From the NCBI GenBank assembly GCA_035251085.1, contig DATFEN010000010.1, positions 1 through 42,496 on the forward strand: 42,496 nucleotides of DNA, in the 5' to 3' direction. The notes beneath the pieces were generated by a model, which was not told the origin of the DNA, made no database searches, and saw only the letters and a program-made list of their open reading frames with translations. The DNA is from Vicinamibacteria bacterium. GTDB lineage: Bacteria > Acidobacteriota > Vicinamibacteria > Fen-336. Made by a program: the position numbers and the translations under genes. Positions 7,534 through 15,672 of this stretch are shown here, one piece after another (within the stretch, counting starts at the first letter, position 1; the number at the start of each line of letters is the position of its first letter).

Positions 7534-8811
7534 TCAGGACGAAGGCCCGGCTTCCTCTTCCGGCAGCGCTTCGCGCAGGCTCGGCGCCACCGACGCGCCC
7601 AGGATGCCCGCAACGAGCGCCGCGACGACGAGGCGCCGGGGCGACAGCCGTCGCCACCGAGCTTCGGCGAGCGCCGCGGTCGCGAACGCGAAGACCACGG
7701 GCAGGATCGGAAGGCGGTAGCGCGCGAACCCGTGCGTGGCCACGTGGAGCAGGTTGTGGAAGATGAGGAATCCGAGGAGCAGGCCGCTGGCACGGCTCCA
7801 GCCGATGCACGCCACGCCGAGCGCGAACGGGAGCAGGAGCGCGAGGTACGGCGCCACGAACACGAAGCCGGCGGCCCTGCGGAACGAGGGCTGCACCGCG
7901 CCGTAGGCCCCGCGGTCGATGTGGGCCAGCGCGAGGCTGTCCGCCTCCCAGAAGCGCGGCATCTCGCCGCGCAGCTTCTCGAGCAACCATTCCGGCTGCC
8001 GCTCGCGGATGGCCTCGATCCCCTTCTCGCGCGCGTAGCGATACTTCGCGACTCGTCCCGGGACCTTCGCGTACTCCGCGTACACCTCCTCGCGGGTCAT
8101 TCGCGCGTTCCCCTGCCACAGGTTCAGGCCGCCGGCCGTCGAAACCGGCACGAAGGCGTCCCAGACGACCGAGTTCCGCCAAGTCCATGGAAGGATGACG
8201 AGAGCCGCCGCAAGAGCATACGCCGCCGCCGTTCGCACCTCGCGGCGAGCCTCCCACAGCCAGAGCGCCGCGAGCGGAATGAAGTAGAGCGCGGTCTCGC
8301 GCGTCAGGGTCGCCAGGCCCCAGAGCAGGCCTGCGGCGAGAGCCGCGGCGCGCGCACCCGAGCGCTGCGCGGCGAGCAGCCGCTCGAAGCCCCACCACAG
8401 CAGGACCAGGAACAGCGTCTCGGACCAGAAGTGCGCGGAGAACCAGACCAGGTCCGGATACACGGCGGCGATCACGCCGGCCGCTACCGCGGCGCGCTCG
8501 CCCATGGCGTGGGCCGTCACCCTCACGACCGCGGGCACCAGCAGCGCGCCCAGGGCCGCCTGCGCGAGCTTGACCAGGGTCCACGAGCCCGTGAGGCCGT
8601 GGAGCGCGGCCAGGAAGTAGGGATACAGAGGCGGATAGAAGAGGATGCGGCTCGCCGCCGGGTCGAACCGCACCTCGGGCGTGAGCAGCTCGAGCGCCCA
8701 TCCCCTCCAGGTGTGCTCGTCGCCCACGAGCTGCGCCGCGGGCTCGAGGGCGGCGAAGAGCACGCGGACGACCAGCCCGACGAGCGTCAGGAGGATGGCG
8801 CTCTTGCGCAT
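7534..8811 (-). CDS. polytopic GT-C glycosyltransferase (ArnT/PMT_2, family 39-like)
   Basis: About 10 predicted TM helices, an early-loop acidic motif (LVGDEHTW), and a periplasmic C-terminal segment. Its stop directly abuts the GT4 stop (7531-7533 and 7534-7536). Confidence 0.7.
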   Translation of the reverse strand: MRKSAILLTLVGLVVRVLFAALEPAAQLVGDEHTWRGWALELLTPEVRFDPAASRILFYPPLYPYFLAALHGLTGSWTLVKLAQAALGALLVPAVVRVTAHAMGERAAVAAGVIAAVYPDLVWFSAHFWSETLFLVLLWWGFERLLAAQRSGARAAALAAGLLWGLATLTRETALYFIPLAALWLWEARREVRTAAAYALAAALVILPWTWRNSVVWDAFVPVSTAGGLNLWQGNARMTREEVYAEYAKVPGRVAKYRYAREKGIEAIRERQPEWLLEKLRGEMPRFWEADSLALAHIDRGAYGAVQPSFRRAAGFVFVAPYLALLLPFALGVACIGWSRASGLLLGFLIFHNLLHVATHGFARYRLPILPVVFAFATAALAEARWRRLSPRRLVVAALVAGILGASVAPSLREALPEEEAGPSS

Positions 8812-8824
8812 GAAGGCCGCGGCG

Positions 8825-8833
8825 ACACTAGCA
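8825..8833 (-). promoter_or_regulatory. extended -10 TGCTAGTGT, 13 nt upstream of the GT-C gene ATG (8811)
   Basis: Reverse complement of ACACTAGCA, read directly. Confidence 0.35.
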
Positions 8834-8840
8834 CGAAGGC

Positions 8841-11009
8841 ATGCTAGAAGGACGGCTTGTGGGCCCTCGCGTCATCGCGCTCCTTTTCCTGCCGCTGAGC
8901 GGCTGTGCTCCAAGCCCGGCACTGGACCTCCTGGCATCCGCAGAGCGGATCGCGTCGGCGGACGTCGCGGGCCGGAACGCCGCCTGGCTCAAGGACCAGC
9001 TCGGGAAGACGGTGCGGATCGACGACGATCAGCGGCGCATCCTCCCCGCCGCGCCGCCCAGCCGAGTGAGCTTCGACGCCGAGATCCCCTCCGGAGCGCG
9101 GCTGACCTTCGCGTGCGGCGTCGGCGCCCGGCGCTGGACGGGGGCACCGGTGGAGTTCGTAGTCAAGGTCCGACGCGGCAAGGACGAGCAGGTCGTGTTC
9201 TCGCAGCTCGTCGATCCCGCCAACCGCCCCGCTCACCGTGGTTTCTTCCCGGGAAGCGCGAATCTGGGAGACTTTGCCGGCAATGCGGAGATCGTCCTGG
9301 AGACGCGCAGCTCCGAGGCCTCGAGCGACCCGCGCGACGTGGTCTGGGCGACCCCGACCGTCACCTCGGACGCGCGCGCGCCGGTGGTCGCCGTCTACCT
9401 CGTCGACACGCTGCGCGCCGATCACACGAGCGTCTACGGCTATGCGCGCGACACCACGCCCGAGCTGGCGCGCTTCGCAGCACGCTCGATCGTGTTCGAG
9501 ACCGCAGTGGCACCGTCGTCCTGGACGCGGCCCTCGGTGGCATCGCTCTTGACCTCGCTCCTGCCGGGCCGACACGGCGCCGTGCACCTGCGGGATCCGC
9601 TGCCGGCGCAGGCCACCACGCTGGCGGAGCGTCTGCACCAGCGCGGCTACGCCACGGCCGCCTTCGTGGCGAACTCGGTCATCTACGAGAAGGGCTCGGG
9701 CTTCGACCGGGGCTTCGATGTCTTCAAGGGCATCCGCGACCGGGAGGGGCGTCCGTCGACGCGCGCGCTCGCGGAGGACGTGGTGAGCGAATCGCTGGCC
9801 TGGCTGCGGGCCGTGCGCGGTCGGCCCGCCTTCGTCTACGTCCACACCATGGATCCCCACATCCCGTACGTGCCGCCGGCGCCCTTCGACGCGCTCTTCG
9901 ACCCGAAGCCGACGCCTGAGAGCCCCGGCCACGACCCGCGCGAGCAGGCCGATCCAGCCGCCCACCGCGACTCCTTCGTGGCGCGTTACGACGGCGAGAT
10001 CGCCTACGGTGACCGAGAGTTCGGCCGCTTCGTCCGAGGCCTCGAAGAGGACGGGCTCCTGGAGCGATCCGTGGTCGCGTTCCTCGCCGATCACGGCGAG
10101 GAGTTCCTCGAGCATGGACACTTCGGCCACGGCACCAGCCTCTACGACGAGCTGGTGCGCATCCCGCTGGTCTTGAGGCTTCCCGGCGGGCGCCACTCCG
10201 GGCGTCGCATCGCGGGGCAGGTGCAGGAGATCGACGTGGCGCCGACCATTCTCGAGGCGTTGGGCTTGGCCTCGGACCCTGCTCACCAGGGCCTTCCGCT
10301 CCAGCGGGCCATCGAGGGACACGCTCCCGAGCGGCCCGCGGCGCTCGAGATCAGCCACCGTGGTGTCGTGGCCCATGGCCTGCGCACGGACCGCGAGAAG
10401 TACGTCCGCCGCTTCAGCCCGGAGAGCGCCGAGAGCTTGTTCGACCTCGTGAAGGACCCGCGCGAGACGCAGGACGCCGCCGCGGCACGGCCAGACCGGC
10501 TGCGCACCCTCCGCGCTCTGGTCGAGTCGGCGCTCGTTCCCAACCCGTTCAGAAACGTCGTGCGGGTCGCCGGCGCCGATCCGATCCGCCTGGAGATCGA
10601 GACCGCTGGCCTGATCCAGGAGCTGGCGAGCGTGGGCCTGGGCAAAGGAGAGAGCGTGACGCAGGCCGGAAGCGGGCGGCTCGCCGCGGCCCTGCGCCCG
10701 AAGCCCGGAGTCGCGCGCGAGTTCTCGTTCGTCGTCCGGCCACGCGGCGCGCAGGTCCGGATCAGCGGCACGCGGGGTGGCCGTCCTCTCGTGCCGGATG
10801 ACGTGTGGCTAGGTGCGTCGGCCGGGCATCCAGCGGCCCTGCCCGCCGCCCTGCCGGACCTCGACGGCGAGGGAGATCCGTTCGCGCCGGAGCAGCCCAA
10901 CCCGACCGGCGTCTCCGCCTGGCTGGCCCTCGCCGCGGGCCGCGAGGTGATCGACCTCGACGCCGAAGCCCAGGAGAGGCTCCGCGCGCTCGGCTACCTG
11001 GGAAAGTAG
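8841..11009 (+). CDS. sulfatase-like (alkaline-phosphatase superfamily) lipoprotein lacking the C/S-x-P-x-R formylglycine motif
   Basis: Lipobox LFLPLSGC. Metal site VYLVDTLRADH. APSSWTRPSVASLLTS occupies the position of the FGly motif. Also ADHGEEFLEHGHFGHG and a C-terminal ...LRALGYLGK. An alternative start at GTG 8859 sits 6 nt after GAAGGA and gives the signal peptide M-GPRVIALLFLPLSGC. Confidence 0.8.
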   Translation: MLEGRLVGPRVIALLFLPLSGCAPSPALDLLASAERIASADVAGRNAAWLKDQLGKTVRIDDDQRRILPAAPPSRVSFDAEIPSGARLTFACGVGARRWTGAPVEFVVKVRRGKDEQVVFSQLVDPANRPAHRGFFPGSANLGDFAGNAEIVLETRSSEASSDPRDVVWATPTVTSDARAPVVAVYLVDTLRADHTSVYGYARDTTPELARFAARSIVFETAVAPSSWTRPSVASLLTSLLPGRHGAVHLRDPLPAQATTLAERLHQRGYATAAFVANSVIYEKGSGFDRGFDVFKGIRDREGRPSTRALAEDVVSESLAWLRAVRGRPAFVYVHTMDPHIPYVPPAPFDALFDPKPTPESPGHDPREQADPAAHRDSFVARYDGEIAYGDREFGRFVRGLEEDGLLERSVVAFLADHGEEFLEHGHFGHGTSLYDELVRIPLVLRLPGGRHSGRRIAGQVQEIDVAPTILEALGLASDPAHQGLPLQRAIEGHAPERPAALEISHRGVVAHGLRTDREKYVRRFSPESAESLFDLVKDPRETQDAAAARPDRLRTLRALVESALVPNPFRNVVRVAGADPIRLEIETAGLIQELASVGLGKGESVTQAGSGRLAAALRPKPGVAREFSFVVRPRGAQVRISGTRGGRPLVPDDVWLGASAGHPAALPAALPDLDGEGDPFAPEQPNPTGVSAWLALAAGREVIDLDAEAQERLRALGYLGK

Positions 11010-11013
11010 GCGC

Positions 11014-11658
11014 ATGGCGAAACGCCTCATCGTCTTCGACCTCGACGGGACGCTGGTGGATTCGACCGCTGACCTGGCGGCGGCCGTGAACGCCGCGCTC
11101 TGCGAGATCGCTCCGAGCGCCCCGCCCCTGCCGGTGCCGCTCGTTCGCTCCTTGATCGGCAACGGCGCGCGCGCCCTCATCGAGGGCAGCCTGAGGCAGG
11201 CCGGCCTGCCTCGTCCGGCGGACGACGTGCTGCCCATCTTCCTGAGGCACTACGAAGCGCGCCTGCTCGACACGACGGTCCTCTATCCCGGCGTTGCCGA
11301 GAGCCTGGCCGCCCTGACGGGCCGCATCCTCGCCGTGCTCTCGAACAAGCCGGGTCCGATGTGCCGCACGATCCTGAACGGCCTCGGCGTCGCGGCGTTC
11401 TTCGCGCGAATCTGGGGCGCGGGCGACTTCCCGGGACGCAAGCCGGATCCGGAACCGCTGCGCCTCCTGATGCGGGAGCTCGGAGTTTCGCCCTCCGACA
11501 CGCTGCTCGTGGGCGACTCGGCGGTCGACGTGCAGACCGGTCGCGCCGCCGGCGTCGCGGTGGTCGGCGTGGCCTGGGGCCTCGACCCCGAGAGCCTGCG
11601 GGCGTGCCCGCCCGACCGGATCCTGGCGAGCCTGTTGGAGCTTCGGGAACTGTGCTAA
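11014..11658 (+). CDS. HAD-superfamily hydrolase, phosphoglycolate-phosphatase-like
   Basis: Motif I FDLDGTLVDS, motif II LSNK, motif III/IV K...VGDSAVDV. It lies 4 nt after the sulfatase-like gene. Confidence 0.8.
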   Translation: MAKRLIVFDLDGTLVDSTADLAAAVNAALCEIAPSAPPLPVPLVRSLIGNGARALIEGSLRQAGLPRPADDVLPIFLRHYEARLLDTTVLYPGVAESLAALTGRILAVLSNKPGPMCRTILNGLGVAAFFARIWGAGDFPGRKPDPEPLRLLMRELGVSPSDTLLVGDSAVDVQTGRAAGVAVVGVAWGLDPESLRACPPDRILASLLELRELC

Positions 11659-11686
11659 CCTCCGTCGCTCCAGGGCTCCTGGCGAT

Positions 11687-13681
11687 ATGGCGAGCATTCT
11701 GATCTGGGGCCGCTCCCGCGAGATCCTCGCGGGCAAACTTCCGCCTGGCATCGCGGCGAGCGAGGCCCGCACGCTGCCCGAGCTGAAGGCCCAGCTCGAT
11801 AGCCGAGGAGGCACGGTCGTCCTCGTCGACGCGCAGGCGCTGGAGGCCCATCGCGACGAACTGGAGGCCTGGTTCAAGGCCGGCGGCAACCAGCTGGCGC
11901 TCCTCGTCGGCGTGGTGGACGCCGGCGAGGACGCGGACGAGCTGCTCAAGCGCTACGCGTTCCTCGACGACATCCTGTTCCGGCCCGTCACGCCCGGGCG
12001 CCTGCGCCGGCGCCTGGAGCGCGCCCTCGACACCATCCACAGCCGACGCGTCATCACCCAGCTCAACCAAGCGCTGGAGCGCAAGAAGAGCGAGCTCGAC
12101 GAGCTGAACAAGATCGGCGTCGCGCTCTCGTCCGAGCGCGACATCAACAAGCTGCTGGACCTGATCCTGGCCAAGTGCCGCGAGATCACCGACGCCGATG
12201 CGGGTAGCCTCTACCTGGTGCTGCGCGGCAAGGACCACGAAACCACCACCGACGACGAGCTGCGCTGCGAGCTGACCCAGAACGAGTCGCTGCAGATCCC
12301 CTTCGAGAAGTTCAAGATCCCCCTCGCCCCCAGCTCCATCGCCGGCTACGTCGCCTTGACGGGCGAAACGGTCAACATCGCGGACGTCTACCACCTGCCC
12401 GCGGGCGCCCCCTATGCCGGCAGCGGCGGCACCTCGCGTGCGAAGGACGAGAAGTCCGGCTACCGCACGAAGTCGATGCTGGTCGTCGCGATGAAGGACC
12501 ACAAGGACCAGGTCATCGGCGTCGTGCAGCTCATCAACAAGAAGCGCGACGCGGGGACCCTGTTGCGGCCGCTGGCCCTGGTCGACGAGATCGTCATCCC
12601 GTTCACCTCCGTGGACGAGCAGCTGGTCGCCTCCCTGACGAGCCAGGCCGCCGTGGCCTACGAGAACACGCGGCTCATCAGGGACATCCGCCGGCTGTTC
12701 GCATCCTTCGTCGAAGCGTCGGTGACCGCCGTCGAGCAGCGCGATCCCACCACGTCCGGGCACTCGCGACGGGTCGCCGAGCTCACCGTGGGCCTGGCCG
12801 AGAAGGTGGATGCCCTGGACGACGGCCCGTTCCGGGAGCTCCGCTTCACGAGCGACCAGCTCCAGGAGATCCGCTACGCCAGCCTGCTCCACGACTTCGG
12901 GAAGGTTGGCGTGCGCGAGAAGGTCCTGATCAAAGGCAAGAAACTGTACGTGGGCGAGATGCACCTGGTGCGGCAGCGCATCGCCTTCATCAAGAAGGCG
13001 CTCGAGGCCGAACACCTGCGGGCCAAGCTCGAGCAGATCCAGTCGGGCAAGGGAGCCCAGGAGCTGCTCGCCCAGATGGATCGAGACTACGAGGCGCGCC
13101 ACGCCGAGGTCGACCAGATCCAGCGGATGATCCTGCAGGCCAACGAGCCCACGATTCTCGAGGAGGAGAGCTTCCGGGCGCTGATGGACCTGCCCAACCG
13201 GATCTACAGCGACATCGACGGCAACCGGCAGCCGTTCCTCACGCCCAACGAGGTGCAGGCCCTCTCGATCCGGCGCGGCAGCCTGTCGGAGAAGGAAAGG
13301 CGCGAGATCGAGAGCCACGTGACCCACACCTTCCGCTTCCTGGCCGAGATCCCGTGGACCGGCGAGTTCCGCCGGGTCCCCGAGATCGCCTATGCGCACC
13401 ACGAGAAGCTCGACGGCACGGGCTATCCCCGCAAGCTGAAGGATCCGGAGATCCCGGTCCAGTCGAAGATGATGACCATTTCGGACATCTTCGACGCCCT
13501 CGTGGCCTGGGACCGGCCCTACAAGAAATCGGTGCCGGTGGAGCGCGCGCTCAACATCCTGAACGACGAGGCGGGCCAGGGGAAGCTCGACGGCGCGCTG
13601 CTGCGCGTGTTCATCGACGCCAAGATCTACGAGAAGACGCTGCCTCGCGCCGGCGCCGAGGCAGAGGTCGCGCCGCGCTGA
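11687..13681 (+). CDS. HD-GYP c-di-GMP phosphodiesterase with a degenerate receiver-like N-terminus and a GAF domain
   Basis: HSRRVAEL, LLHDFGKVGV and HHEKLDGTGYPRKL form an intact HD and GYP. The GAF-like region reads DINKLLDLILAKCREITDADAGSLYLV...VIGVVQLINKK. The N-terminal 120 aa have a receiver-like layout but lack the acidic pair (ILIWGRS) and carry R in place of the conserved K (ILFRPV). Confidence 0.85.
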   Translation: MASILIWGRSREILAGKLPPGIAASEARTLPELKAQLDSRGGTVVLVDAQALEAHRDELEAWFKAGGNQLALLVGVVDAGEDADELLKRYAFLDDILFRPVTPGRLRRRLERALDTIHSRRVITQLNQALERKKSELDELNKIGVALSSERDINKLLDLILAKCREITDADAGSLYLVLRGKDHETTTDDELRCELTQNESLQIPFEKFKIPLAPSSIAGYVALTGETVNIADVYHLPAGAPYAGSGGTSRAKDEKSGYRTKSMLVVAMKDHKDQVIGVVQLINKKRDAGTLLRPLALVDEIVIPFTSVDEQLVASLTSQAAVAYENTRLIRDIRRLFASFVEASVTAVEQRDPTTSGHSRRVAELTVGLAEKVDALDDGPFRELRFTSDQLQEIRYASLLHDFGKVGVREKVLIKGKKLYVGEMHLVRQRIAFIKKALEAEHLRAKLEQIQSGKGAQELLAQMDRDYEARHAEVDQIQRMILQANEPTILEEESFRALMDLPNRIYSDIDGNRQPFLTPNEVQALSIRRGSLSEKERREIESHVTHTFRFLAEIPWTGEFRRVPEIAYAHHEKLDGTGYPRKLKDPEIPVQSKMMTISDIFDALVAWDRPYKKSVPVERALNILNDEAGQGKLDGALLRVFIDAKIYEKTLPRAGAEAEVAPR

Positions 13682-13688
13682 ACCGGAC

Positions 13689-14435
13689 TTGACCCCTCTC
13701 ATCATCGCTCACCGCGGCGACTCCGCCCACCGTCCCGAGAACACCCTCGCGTCGTTCAAGAGCGCCCTCGACCTCGGCGCCGACCTGCTCGAGCTGGACG
13801 TGCAGCTCACGAAGGACGGTCAGGTCGTGGTGATCCACGACGGCTCGGTCGACCGCACCACGGACGGCAGCGGCCGCGTCGCCGAGCTGAGCTTCGCGGA
13901 GCTGCGCAAGCTGTCGGCCGGATATCCGGAGCGCTTCGGCGACAAGTACGCTTCGGAGCGGGTGCCGACCCTCGCCGAGGTGCTCACCCTCGCCCGCGGA
14001 CGCGCCAAGGTGATGATCGAGATCAAGAAGGAGTCGGTGACCGACGAGGAGGCCGACGGCATCGAGGCCCGCACCGTCGCCGTGGTGCGCGACGCGCGGA
14101 TGGACGAGGAGGTCCTGCTCATCTCCTTCGAGCGCCGGGCGCTGCGCCGCTGCCAGAGGTTCGCCCCCGAGATGCGCCGCGGCCATCTCTTCCATCGCGC
14201 GACGCCGGATGAGGTGGTCGCGGGCGCGCGCGAGGTCGACACCGACCTCGTGATGCCCGAGAAGGGCATGCTCTCCGAGGAGCTGACCGTGGCCGCGCGC
14301 AAGGCCGGCATCAAGGTCGCGACCTGGGTCGTCGACGACGTCGAGGAGCTGAAGGACCTCGCCCGCTTCGACCTGTTCGGCGTCGGCTCCAACCGTCCCG
14401 GTGCCCTGCTCGACGCGATCTGGGCGAGCGACTAG
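13689..14435 (+). CDS. ugpQ: glycerophosphodiester phosphodiesterase (GDPD family, cytoplasmic type)
   Basis: TTG start. IIAHRGDSAHRPENTLASF...ELDVQLTKDGQVVVIHD are the GDPD catalytic motifs. No signal peptide. Confidence 0.85.
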   Translation: MTPLIIAHRGDSAHRPENTLASFKSALDLGADLLELDVQLTKDGQVVVIHDGSVDRTTDGSGRVAELSFAELRKLSAGYPERFGDKYASERVPTLAEVLTLARGRAKVMIEIKKESVTDEEADGIEARTVAVVRDARMDEEVLLISFERRALRRCQRFAPEMRRGHLFHRATPDEVVAGAREVDTDLVMPEKGMLSEELTVAARKAGIKVATWVVDDVEELKDLARFDLFGVGSNRPGALLDAIWASD

Positions 14436-14440
14436 ATCAG

Positions 14441-14453
14441 CGCGCCTCGCGCA
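14441..14453. terminator. short GC hairpin GCGCG-CCT-CGCGC between convergent genes
   Basis: 5-bp stem and 3-nt loop in the 19-nt gap between the stops at 14435 and 14455. No U-tract. Confidence 0.2.
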
Positions 14454-14454
14454 G

Positions 14455-15672
14455 TCAGGTCGGCAGCGGATGGATCACCAATCCCGACGGCAGCTTCGGG
14501 TGGAAGAACGTGCTCTTGGCGGGCATGGACTCGCGAGCGTCGGCGACGGCGGTGATCTGCTCGACGGGCGTCCCGCGCATGAGGACCGCAACCGCCCCAC
14601 GTACGACTGCCTCCTTGGCTTCCGTCAGCGAGTGGACGTAGCCGACGGCGTCGTCGGCGACGCCAAGCCGTGGCAGAACGCCGCGATGCACCAAGAAGGT
14701 GTCCAAGGCACGGAGTGAAGGCGGCTCGTCGGCAGGAACCCAGGCGTCGGCGGCCGCCTGCGCTTCCGCAACGATCGCGTCTCCCGAGGGCCATGCCAGC
14801 GCGACGGCGTAGGGCGCGGCAGACGCGGCGACGCGAGTGGCCGCATCGGCGACCGACGAAGCAGCGGTGAGTCGAAAGGCTTCGCCGAGCACCTGACGAG
14901 CAGCCGCGGGCGTCGGTCCCGCCGAGAGGATGCGGTGGTACGGCAGGACCACGAGGCCCGGAGCTCCGATCGGCGTGAAGTAGCCGAACGTGAAGGCACC
15001 GTCGTTGCCATGCTCGTCGCGATACTGGAGCGCCGTAGCGTAGCGGTGGTGGCCGTCGGCGATGTAGGCCTTGGCCGCGGCGAGGGCATCCCGGAAGGCC
15101 GTCAACGCCGAGGCATCCGTGACGCGCCAGAGCTTGTGCTCGACGCCCTGGTCGTCGCTGAAGGCCCTGAGAGGGGCGCCATCCGCCTGATCTCCCAGCT
15201 GGCTGTCGATGCGGCCCGCCGGGTCCTCGAGCATCAGCAGGATCGGGCTGAAGTTCGCGCGCGTCGCGAGCAGCATGCGCCAGCGGTCCTCCCGGGCCGC
15301 GGCCCGGGTGTGCTCGTGGGGCAGGATGCGCCCGTGGGACGCGTCCTCGGACCGGAAGCGCGCCAGCAGGCCGCGGCGGGTCGAGGTGCCGCCGTCGTGA
15401 GCGAAGGCCTGCTCGAGGACGTACAGCGCTTCCTTCGAATCCTCGAGCAGCGTTCCGTTCGCTCGCCACCGGGAGAACGTGGCACCGGCGTCCGCGTATC
15501 CCGCCTCTCCTGGTGTTCCCGCCAGGATCAGGCGCACCACGTTCCGCTCGTGACGCGCCAGGAGCGCCTGCCGATGAGCCTCGGTGATCACGTCGTAGGG
15601 AGGCGCGAGGACCAGGGCCGGGTCGATGTCGTCTCGGTACAGCAGGCCGCGAAATGGTCGGATCTCGGGCAC
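14455..15672 (-). CDS. DUF1015 family protein
   Basis: IRPFRGLLYRDD...LAPPYDVI...ADGHHRYATAL, a pattern I recognise as DUF1015. Its GTG start overlaps the upstream stop by 1 nt (TAGTG). Confidence 0.75.
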   Translation of the reverse strand: MPEIRPFRGLLYRDDIDPALVLAPPYDVITEAHRQALLARHERNVVRLILAGTPGEAGYADAGATFSRWRANGTLLEDSKEALYVLEQAFAHDGGTSTRRGLLARFRSEDASHGRILPHEHTRAAAREDRWRMLLATRANFSPILLMLEDPAGRIDSQLGDQADGAPLRAFSDDQGVEHKLWRVTDASALTAFRDALAAAKAYIADGHHRYATALQYRDEHGNDGAFTFGYFTPIGAPGLVVLPYHRILSAGPTPAAARQVLGEAFRLTAASSVADAATRVAASAAPYAVALAWPSGDAIVAEAQAAADAWVPADEPPSLRALDTFLVHRGVLPRLGVADDAVGYVHSLTEAKEAVVRGAVAVLMRGTPVEQITAVADARESMPAKSTFFHPKLPSGLVIHPLPT

